This document shows, one piece after another, positions 46,154 through 53,531 of a stretch of 64,000 nucleotides of DNA; positions within the stretch are counted from its first letter, which is position 1; every line of letters starts with the position of its first letter. A program made the translations under genes and the position numbers. The stretch spans positions 96,001 through 160,000 of the forward strand of contig JBBQUR010000001.1 in the NCBI GenBank assembly GCA_038212275.1. Reading direction: 5' to 3'. The notes below the pieces were generated by a model. It was given only the letters and a program-made list of their open reading frames with translations. It did no database searches and was not told the origin of the DNA. This stretch comes from Planctomycetota bacterium (lineage in GTDB: Bacteria > Planctomycetota > B15-G4).

Positions 46154-47719
46154 TTGCAGAGGCGTGCACTCATTTCGGTGACGGACAAGTCGGGCGTCGT
46201 GGAGTTCGCACGGAGCCTCGTGCAGCGCGACTTCGAGGTGCTCTCCACGGGCGGCACGGCCGCGACGCTGCGCACGGCGGGCCTGCCGGTCACGGACGTC
46301 GCGCAGGTCACGGGCTTCCCAGAAATGCTGGACGGGCGCGTCAAGACGCTGCACCCGGCGGTGCACGGCGGCCTGCTCGCACTGCGCGACAATCCGGGCC
46401 ACCAGTCCGCGCTCGAACAGCACGGCATCGCCAACATCGACGTGGTCGCCGTGAATCTGTACGCGTTCCGTGAGGCTGCCGCGCGCATCGGAGCCACGGA
46501 CGAGCACATCATCGAGCAGATCGACATCGGCGGGCCGAGCATGATCCGCTCCGCCGCGAAGAACCACCGCTTCGTGTGGGTGGTCACGGACCCGCGCGAC
46601 TACGACGCCGTGATCTCGGGCCTCGACGCGTCCGAAGAGGATGCCGGCGCGGGCATCGCGCTGCGTCGCCGCCTCGCGGCCACCGCTTTTCGCGCGACGG
46701 CCGCCTATGACGCGGCCATCTGCGGCTGGTTCGGGACGCGGCTCGGCGACGTGCTGCCGCCCGTGCTCGTGCTGGAGGCCGGCGCGGCGCAGCCATTGCG
46801 CTACGGCGAGAATCCGCAGCAGCGGGCAGCCTTCTACGTGCGGCCCGGCTTCAAGGAATCCAGCATCTCCGGTGTCCGGCAGCTGGCTGGCAAGGAGCTC
46901 TCCTACAACAACATCATGGATGCGGATGCGGCGCTGGAGCTGGTCAAGGAGTTTTCCGAGCCTGCCGCTGCAGTCATCAAGCACGCCAATCCCTGCGGTT
47001 GCGGCACGGGCGAGTCGCTCGGCGAAGCCTTCGCACGGGCGATGACCGGCGATCCGCAGTCGGCCTTCGGCGGGATCATCGCACTCAACGGCGAGGTCGA
47101 CGCAGCGCTGGCGGAAGCCATCGCGCAGCCGGATACCTTCCTCGAGGTCATCGTGGCTCCCGACTTCCGGCCCGAGGCCGTGGAGATTCTCACCACGCGC
47201 TGCAAGTGGGGGAAGAACGTCCGGCTGCTCGCGTGCGGGCCGCTCTCCTCGCAGCGTGACCGCAGCGATCTCGCAGTGCGCAAGGTCGTCGGCGGCTACC
47301 TCGTGCAGGAGCGCGACCTCGGCTTCGAGCAGGAGCAGCGCACCGTCGTGAGCAGTCGCCAGCCGACGCCGCGCGAGCTGGCCGATCTCGAGTTCGCCTG
47401 GCGTGTCTGCAAGCACGTCAAGAGCAACGCGATCGTCATCGCTGCAGATCGCGCGCTGGTCGGCGCGGGCGCAGGCCAGATGAGCCGCGTGGACAGCGTG
47501 TTCATGGCGGGGCACAAGGCCGGCGCCCGGGCGCAGGGTGCCGTCCTCGCGAGTGACGCCTTCTTCCCGTTCCGCGATTCCGTGGATGCCGCCGCCGCCA
47601 TGGGCATCACGGCGATCATCCAGCCGGGCGGCTCCATCAAGGACAAGGATTCGATCGCGGCGGCGGACCAGCACGGTCTCGCACTGATCTTCACGGGAGT
47701 CCGTCACTTCCGCCACTGA
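46154..47719 (+). CDS. purH: Bifunctional AICAR transformylase/IMP cyclohydrolase
   Basis: RALISVTDK, STGGT, GRVKTLHP, IDIGGPS, LRYGENP, KHANPCG, KSNAI, ASDAFFPF, RHFRH; TTG start after AAGGA. Confidence 0.96.
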   Translation: MQRRALISVTDKSGVVEFARSLVQRDFEVLSTGGTAATLRTAGLPVTDVAQVTGFPEMLDGRVKTLHPAVHGGLLALRDNPGHQSALEQHGIANIDVVAVNLYAFREAAARIGATDEHIIEQIDIGGPSMIRSAAKNHRFVWVVTDPRDYDAVISGLDASEEDAGAGIALRRRLAATAFRATAAYDAAICGWFGTRLGDVLPPVLVLEAGAAQPLRYGENPQQRAAFYVRPGFKESSISGVRQLAGKELSYNNIMDADAALELVKEFSEPAAAVIKHANPCGCGTGESLGEAFARAMTGDPQSAFGGIIALNGEVDAALAEAIAQPDTFLEVIVAPDFRPEAVEILTTRCKWGKNVRLLACGPLSSQRDRSDLAVRKVVGGYLVQERDLGFEQEQRTVVSSRQPTPRELADLEFAWRVCKHVKSNAIVIAADRALVGAGAGQMSRVDSVFMAGHKAGARAQGAVLASDAFFPFRDSVDAAAAMGITAIIQPGGSIKDKDSIAAADQHGLALIFTGVRHFRH

Positions 47720-47830
47720 CCATGGGCTCGGCACCGGATCGCGGTCCCCGCAGAATCGCCGGTGCGACGGCAAAGCACGGAGCGCGGGCCGTCCCATCCC
47801 GGGAACTCCTGGGCAGCCGCGGGCAGCGGC

Positions 47831-47870
47831 GGCAGTCTCGGGGAGTCTCGGGGACTCTCGGGAAGTCGCT
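47831..47870. repeat. Degenerate 10-bp tandem repeat (GGCAGTCTCG GGGAGTCTCG GGGACTCTCG GGAAGTCGCT)
   Basis: Seen directly in the purH-ECF intergenic region. Confidence 0.65.
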
Positions 47871-48027
47871 GGAATGCCCCGGCCGTCGCTGGAGAGCCGC
47901 CAACCGCTGTCGCGCCCGATTCGGGGTGGGGCGCTCCCGTCAGGGAGGGGCCGGGAGGCGTAGGCTGCCCGGCGATTGGCGGGGACACCCTGACGGAACC
48001 GAGGAGTGCCTGCATCCTGTGAAGGCA

Positions 48028-48642
48028 ATGACTGGCGAGGCAACTGACGACGGCAGCTCCGACGCGGGGCCCCTGCCAGCACTCGCGCTGGACGCCCTGT
48101 GGCGTGAGCACCGGCGCTGGGTGGCGGCCATCCTGCTGGCCTACATGCCGCGGGAGGCCGAGCTGGATGACCTGCTCCAGGAGGTGGCCGTGATCTTCGT
48201 CTCCCGCATCGGCGAACTGCGCGATCGAGGTGCGCTGCGCCCGTGGCTGCGCACCATCGCGATCAACGCGGCTCGCATGGACGCCCGCGCGCGCCGCGCG
48301 CGCCGCGTGCACCTGCGTCCGCTCGAGGATCAGGATGGCGAGATGGCGCTGGCCGACCCGTCGGCCGAGCACGAACAACTCGCCTCGGACACGCGCGCCG
48401 AAGCCGAGGCCGTCATGCGCCTCGCGCGTGCGCTTCCCGAGGACTACCGCGAGCCGCTGCTGCTGCGCAGCGTCCAGGGGCTCACCCAGAAGCAGATCTC
48501 CGTCACGCTCGGTCTGCCGGAGACCACGATCGAAACGCGACTGGCCCGTGCGCGCCGCATGCTGCGCCAGCAGGTCGATGAAATGCACACCCCGCGCTCC
48601 GGCTGGCCGGAGCGCTCAGCCGCTCGAGTCGCGGCGCCGTGA
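48028..48642 (+). CDS. ECF sigma factor 1
   Basis: Region 2 DDLLQEV...LRPWLRTIAIN; region 4 LPEDYRE.LLLR..QGLT..QIS..LGLPETTIETRLARAR. Confidence 0.9.
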   Translation: MTGEATDDGSSDAGPLPALALDALWREHRRWVAAILLAYMPREAELDDLLQEVAVIFVSRIGELRDRGALRPWLRTIAINAARMDARARRARRVHLRPLEDQDGEMALADPSAEHEQLASDTRAEAEAVMRLARALPEDYREPLLLRSVQGLTQKQISVTLGLPETTIETRLARARRMLRQQVDEMHTPRSGWPERSAARVAAP

Positions 48643-48649
48643 GGACACC

Positions 48650-49450
48650 ATGAACGACGACAACACGCTTGACCTGCTCCTCGGCCGCATCCTCGATCGG
48701 CGCGCATCGCCCGCTGACTGGGACTCGTTTGCGACGTTCGCCCAGGCGCGCCCCGACACATGGGGGCAACTCCTGACGGCTCTGCGATCGGAGCAGGGAC
48801 TGCAGCGCAGCGCGGACATCGAACTCTCCGTCGCGGACCTCGTCGACCTGCCACGCGAGGCCACCGTCGCATCTCTGGAGCCGGGCTCCGACACCCGCGG
48901 GACGTGGGCTGCGGTGCCGCCGCGAGTCGCGCGGCGTGCACGGCGCCCCTGGACTGGCTGGGCTGCGGCCGCCGCGCTGGCGCTCGCCTGGGCCGGCAGC
49001 ACGTGGCTGGCCACCGATGGCTCGGCGCAACGCGCCGCGACCGGATTGCGCGGCATCAACGGCGCACCGGTTGCGGCTGCGCCGCACGCCGAACCCGGGG
49101 CAGCCTCCGCGCCCGACGCAGCGCCTTCCGACCTCGGGCCCGGCAGCCGTGACGAGGCGCCGGTCGATCCCGCCTTGCTGGCGCAGGCCGGAAACACGGC
49201 GGGCCCGCGCCTGCGCGATGCAGCCGCACCCGTCGGCGACGACCTGCACGGCGACATCGTCGGTCAGCTCCCGCTCCAGCTCGTCAGCAGCGTGGCATCG
49301 GCCGACGGAAACGGACTCGATGTCGTCTACGTGCGCCCCGTGCTCGAGCGTGCGCGGGTCTCCGGCATGTACTCGCTGGGATTCGACGATGCCGGCCGCC
49401 TCTCACCCGTGAGCATCCAGCCGGCGTCCCTGCTGCTTGCCGACAACTGA
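48650..49450 (+). CDS. Putative single-TM anti-sigma factor
   Basis: Directly after the ECF gene; helical N-terminus, TM 'WTGWAAAAALALAW', extracytoplasmic tail. Confidence 0.7.
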   Translation: MNDDNTLDLLLGRILDRRASPADWDSFATFAQARPDTWGQLLTALRSEQGLQRSADIELSVADLVDLPREATVASLEPGSDTRGTWAAVPPRVARRARRPWTGWAAAAALALAWAGSTWLATDGSAQRAATGLRGINGAPVAAAPHAEPGAASAPDAAPSDLGPGSRDEAPVDPALLAQAGNTAGPRLRDAAAPVGDDLHGDIVGQLPLQLVSSVASADGNGLDVVYVRPVLERARVSGMYSLGFDDAGRLSPVSIQPASLLLADN

Positions 49451-49509
49451 TACCCAGCGCTCGGCGCCGCTCGTCGGCCGCCAAGCCATCCATGTCCGGA
49501 GACAGCCCG

Positions 49510-50790
49510 ATGAAGCTTCTGTTGAACAGCCTGGCCCTCGTTGTCCTGGCGTGCCAGGCCGCACCCGCCGCGCAGGACAGCGTCCGCATCCTGAAGACCC
49601 AGAGCATCAGCGACGACGACGCCGCGCAGGATGCCGCCCGTGCCCGCGGCCATGCGCAGATCACCGTGGACGACGACTCGCACGGCGCCTTGTCGCTCAC
49701 GCTGCAGCGCGACGGCTCGATCGAGGCGACGCTTGACGGCCAGGAACTCTCCGCCGACCGGCTCGTGCGGGACGGCGACCGCCTGCGCGTGCTCGGGGCC
49801 GGAGGCGAGCTGCTGTACGAGCTGCAGATCTTCGGCGACAACCGCGGCCTGGCATATCCCTATGGCGAGCACGGCAACACGTTTCGTATCGGCGGCATCG
49901 GCCTCGGTGGCCTGCATGCGCTGGAGAAGCTCAGCTCCAAGCCCCGGCATGTCATCGGCGTGGTGACCTCGCCCGTGTCAGGCGGCGTCGCGGCGCAGCT
50001 GGGCCTCGAGCCGGACAGCGCGCTGATCATCAACGAGCTCACGCCGGACATGCCTGCAGCCAAGGCGGGCCTGCTGCCCTTCGATGTCATCACGCACATC
50101 GATGGCAGCGCGCCGGTGACGCGAGACATGCTGCGCGAACGCGTCGCCGCCGTGGCGGTGGGGCAACCTCTGCATATCACGCTGCTGCGCCGTGGCCAGC
50201 CTCAGGAGCTGGAGGTCCTCGTCGGCGAGACGACCGACGAGGTCGGCCGTTTCCCCGGATCCTTCATGGCCAACCTGGCGGATGACGATGAGCGTGGCGC
50301 CTGGAATTTCGCCGTCGACACTCTCGCCGTCGGCCCCACGTCGGGATCCAACGAGTCGCTCGCGCGCGCGGACGTCGAACTGACCAATGCGCGTGACTCG
50401 CTGCAGAAGCGTCTCGAGGAATTGCGGGCCAAGGTGTCGCAGGGTGGCGTCGAGGGCGAGGCTGCGGCACAGGCCGCCGCCGAACTGGACGCCGCGCTGG
50501 CGAGCGTCGTCGAAGCGCAGGACTCGATGCGCCAGCATCAGGCCGGCACATCCCCCGAGGTGCGCTTCTTCAATCTCGGGACGGACGGCGACAAGGGCAT
50601 GCTGATGCGCCGGCCTGTGCGCATCGATGGGACGCCGGTGCCCTGGACAGGTGCGCTTGCAACGCCCGGCGCGAGCAGCGGCAGCGTGGAGAGCGATGCA
50701 CGTCTGCAGCAGATGGAAGCGCGACTTGCGCAGCTGGACGCGCGGGTTGCCGAGTTGGTCAAGGCGCTCGAGGCTGCCAACAAGCCGTGA
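49510..50790 (+). CDS. Secreted PDZ-domain/coiled-coil protein
   Basis: Signal peptide; PDZ 'IGV..AAQLGL..PAAKAGLLPFDVITHIDG..LLRRGQ'; coiled coils; no trypsin GNSGG motif seen. Confidence 0.8.
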   Translation: MKLLLNSLALVVLACQAAPAAQDSVRILKTQSISDDDAAQDAARARGHAQITVDDDSHGALSLTLQRDGSIEATLDGQELSADRLVRDGDRLRVLGAGGELLYELQIFGDNRGLAYPYGEHGNTFRIGGIGLGGLHALEKLSSKPRHVIGVVTSPVSGGVAAQLGLEPDSALIINELTPDMPAAKAGLLPFDVITHIDGSAPVTRDMLRERVAAVAVGQPLHITLLRRGQPQELEVLVGETTDEVGRFPGSFMANLADDDERGAWNFAVDTLAVGPTSGSNESLARADVELTNARDSLQKRLEELRAKVSQGGVEGEAAAQAAAELDAALASVVEAQDSMRQHQAGTSPEVRFFNLGTDGDKGMLMRRPVRIDGTPVPWTGALATPGASSGSVESDARLQQMEARLAQLDARVAELVKALEAANKP

Positions 50791-50829
50791 TCGAATGGGG
50801 TTGCTGTTCGGGCAGCCCCGGTCGTGTGC

Positions 50830-50866
50830 GCGCCCGGGACGGGAGGGAGAGTCCCGTCCCGGGCGC
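50830..50866. terminator. 15-bp perfect hairpin between convergent genes
   Basis: GCGCCCGGGACGGGA-GGGAGAG-TCCCGTCCCGGGCGC; no U tract. Confidence 0.6.
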
Positions 50867-50907
50867 CGCGACCCTTGCGGGCCGCTTCAACCCTTCGCGG
50901 CGCGCGA

Positions 50908-51600
50908 TCAGTTCGCGTACTTGACGCCACAACCGAAGGGGCGGCTTTCCTTGGTGGCCACGTCCTTGCCGGCCAGCAGCGCGTCGACCGCGTCCTTGAC
51001 GTAGTTGACCTCACCCTTGGTCTGGGCGCTGCCGTTGTCGATCGCGCCGGCGTAGCGGAGCACGCCTTCCGCGTCGATCACGAACATGTGCGGTGTCGTT
51101 TTTGCCGCGTAGAGCCGGCCGACGGCGCCGTTCTCGTCGAGCAGCACCGGGTAGGTCACGCCGAAGTCCGCGACCGCCTTCACGTTGCGGTCCTTGCCGG
51201 CGCCTTCCCTGCCCGGTGCGCTGGAATTGATCGCCAGCCACACCACGTCCTTGTCCGCGTAGCTCGCCGCGAGCTTGCCCATGACGCTTTCGGGCGTGTG
51301 GTAGGCGCGCGAGATCGGGCAGTCCGGGTTGAACCACTCGATCACGACGATCTGCTTGCGGGCCGTGAGCGCGGACAGCGTCACGTCCTCGTCCTTGAGA
51401 TTCTTCAGGGTGAAGTCGGGCGCCTTCTCGCCGACCTTGGCGACCTTGGGCTCGGCGTGTTCGGCGGGCTTGGCCTCCGGTGCCGGAGCAACCTGCGGTG
51501 CGCGCGGCGCTGCGGCATCCTGCGACGCCACGCTGAACGGAAGTGCCGAGAGGGCCAGCAGTCCGCCGGCGATGGCGATGCGTGGAAGGGTGAAGATCAT
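50908..51600 (-). CDS. Exported AhpC/TSA (redoxin) family thioredoxin-fold protein
   Basis: VGEKAPDFTL, EWFNPDCP, WLAINS, AKTTPHMFVI, YAGAID, PFGCGVKY. Confidence 0.88.
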   Translation of the reverse strand: MIFTLPRIAIAGGLLALSALPFSVASQDAAAPRAPQVAPAPEAKPAEHAEPKVAKVGEKAPDFTLKNLKDEDVTLSALTARKQIVVIEWFNPDCPISRAYHTPESVMGKLAASYADKDVVWLAINSSAPGREGAGKDRNVKAVADFGVTYPVLLDENGAVGRLYAAKTTPHMFVIDAEGVLRYAGAIDNGSAQTKGEVNYVKDAVDALLAGKDVATKESRPFGCGVKYAN

Positions 51601-52610
51601 CGGGGCTCTCCTGAGTTGGGAACTGGAACGGGGTCTGTGCGGGAAGGAGGCAGCTTGGCGTCGGGCGGCGCCGTCGTCTCCGCGAGCGGCAGATCGATGA
51701 CAAAAAAGCGTGCGCGCGCCGGAGCGGTCTCGGACTGACTCGCGTAGCGCACGTCGACCCAGCCCTTCAACCGGTCGCCGGGCCGGAGGTCACGGGCCAG
51801 GTGCAGCCGCAGTGTGTCGCCGTCCGCGGTGCCTTCGTCCACCAGGAAGGGGAGTTCTGCGCAGTCTTCGGCGGGAAGCAGCGTGATGGTGGTGGCGCCG
51901 GGTGCGACGAGGCGCACGGCGTCGGCGAGGCGTTCGGCCCGAATCGGTGAGGTCGGTACGGTCGGTACGGTCGGTGCGGTCGAGTCGGTCGCGGTCGGCC
52001 AGGCTTCGGGCAGCCGGGTCGCCGTGGCTGCAAAGAGCGCGGCCGATGCACTGGCCGAGGGCGAGCTCTCCGGCGCAGCCACGAGCAGGGGCAGGGCCAC
52101 GTCGGCGCCGCCGACCACGCAGGCCTGGTCGCAGACCAGCCACTCGAGGTGCGCGCGCAACGTGACCGTGTCACCCGGCTGCGCGTCGGCCGGCACGCGC
52201 ACGTCGAACATGAGCAGGACTTCGTCCTCGTAGACATGGTCCAGCAGCGGCCCGGGTGACAGGTGCCGATGAGGCACCGGCCACAGCACGGGGTCGGCCT
52301 CCCAGCCCGGAGGCAGTTCGGGCCTGACCAGCACCGGCAGGCCGCTGTCGTTGCGTGCTGCGGCATAGACGTGCCAGCCGGCCTCCAGGACCAGGCGCAC
52401 GCCCAGCCGGAGCACCGAGCCCGGGACGGCGGCGTCCTGCGCGGCGAGCAAGCTGGCGGTGACGTGACCGGCGCGCTCGGCGCGGGCGCCGTTGTCCGCT
52501 GGTGTGGCCTGAGCCGGAGCCCTCGACATGGTGGCCGCGGTTGCCACCAGAAGCGCCAGAACGCCTGTCAGCGCGGCGGAGATCGACAAGCTGCGTCTTC
52601 TGCCGGACAT
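51597..52610 (-). CDS. DsbD N-terminal (DsbC-like) domain protein lacking the TM domain
   Basis: GWHVY...DSGLP, WPVP, YEDEV, WLVCDQAC; start 7 nt after TATGAT; ATGA overlap with the redoxin gene. Confidence 0.8.
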   Translation of the reverse strand: MSGRRRSLSISAALTGVLALLVATAATMSRAPAQATPADNGARAERAGHVTASLLAAQDAAVPGSVLRLGVRLVLEAGWHVYAAARNDSGLPVLVRPELPPGWEADPVLWPVPHRHLSPGPLLDHVYEDEVLLMFDVRVPADAQPGDTVTLRAHLEWLVCDQACVVGGADVALPLLVAAPESSPSASASAALFAATATRLPEAWPTATDSTAPTVPTVPTSPIRAERLADAVRLVAPGATTITLLPAEDCAELPFLVDEGTADGDTLRLHLARDLRPGDRLKGWVDVRYASQSETAPARARFFVIDLPLAETTAPPDAKLPPSRTDPVPVPNSGEPR

Positions 52611-52928
52611 CGGAGCGATCATAGCCTTGCACCGGCGGTTGTCCGTGCCGCTCCCGCGGTGCCACCTCCGGGTCACGTGCCGCGCCCTCCGGCGCACCGA
52701 GCTCGCGCGCGACGACGAGTCGCGGTGCAGTCGCCGAGCGGTGGAAGCCATGCGGCAGCGGCCGGATACTGCGGCTCGGCCGGAACGTTCCGAGTCGCGG
52801 CGGGCGAAGGATCAGCCCGACTCGACACACCAAGCCTTGCGCGCCCCCGTCGCAAGCGCTCCCTTCTCCCACCCGGGCGGTTGGAGGGGGCACCGTGACC
52901 AGGCGCCCCTTTCCAGGAGACAGCCGCC

Positions 52929-53531
52929 CTGACCTCCGCACCCCACGCTGCCGACCTCGGGCTCCGCGATCGCATCGTCGGTGGCGACAGACAGGCAGCG
53001 GCCCTGCTCTTCGAAGAGCACGTGGACGCGCTCTACGAGTTCGTGCATTACCGGGTCGGCAGCGACCGCGCACTGGCGGAAGACGTCGTTCAGGACACCT
53101 TCGTGATCGCCATCGAGAAGATCGCAGGCTTCCAGGGCAGCAGCAGCCTGCGCACGTGGTTGTGCGGGATCGCCCGCAATCTCATCCGGTCGGCACGGCG
53201 CAAGCGTCGCGCGGCCAGCCTGCCTGACCTGCTCGAGGGCGCCGACGACCGCATCTTCGAAATGCTGGAGGAAATCGAGCGCACCGAACTGCCGGAGTGG
53301 GCGCTTCAGCGGCAGGAGACCGCTGCACTCGTCGGTGCGACGCTCTCGTCGCTGCCGCCCGACTACCGTCACGCGCTCCTGCAGAAGTACGTGGAGGATC
53401 TCTCCGTGGCCGACATGGGTGCCGTCAATGGTCGCGGCACCAAGGCCACCGAGTCGCTGCTCACGCGCGCACGCGTTGCTTTCGCACGCGTGTTCGCGCT
53501 GCTGAGCGGCGGCGCGGGAGGTGCTGCATGA
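52929..53531 (+). CDS. ECF sigma factor 2 (probable CTG start)
   Basis: AEDVVQDTF..FQGSSSLRTWLCGIARN, LPPDYR..LSVA..ESLLTRAR; homology extends upstream of GTG 53022 (GDRQAAALLFEEH). Confidence 0.85.
   Translation: MTSAPHAADLGLRDRIVGGDRQAAALLFEEHVDALYEFVHYRVGSDRALAEDVVQDTFVIAIEKIAGFQGSSSLRTWLCGIARNLIRSARRKRRAASLPDLLEGADDRIFEMLEEIERTELPEWALQRQETAALVGATLSSLPPDYRHALLQKYVEDLSVADMGAVNGRGTKATESLLTRARVAFARVFALLSGGAGGAA

Noticed and set aside
1330..48082. Very long antisense or alternate-frame ORFs (e.g. 1330-3933, 11267-13333, 13967-16429, 39711-42284, 45086-48082)
   Set aside because: They shadow well-supported genes, have no motifs, and are expected in high-GC3 DNA
51951..51991. 9-bp GGTCGGTAC repeats
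   Set aside because: They encode an in-frame PTVPTV linker in the DsbD-like protein; ordinary low complexity
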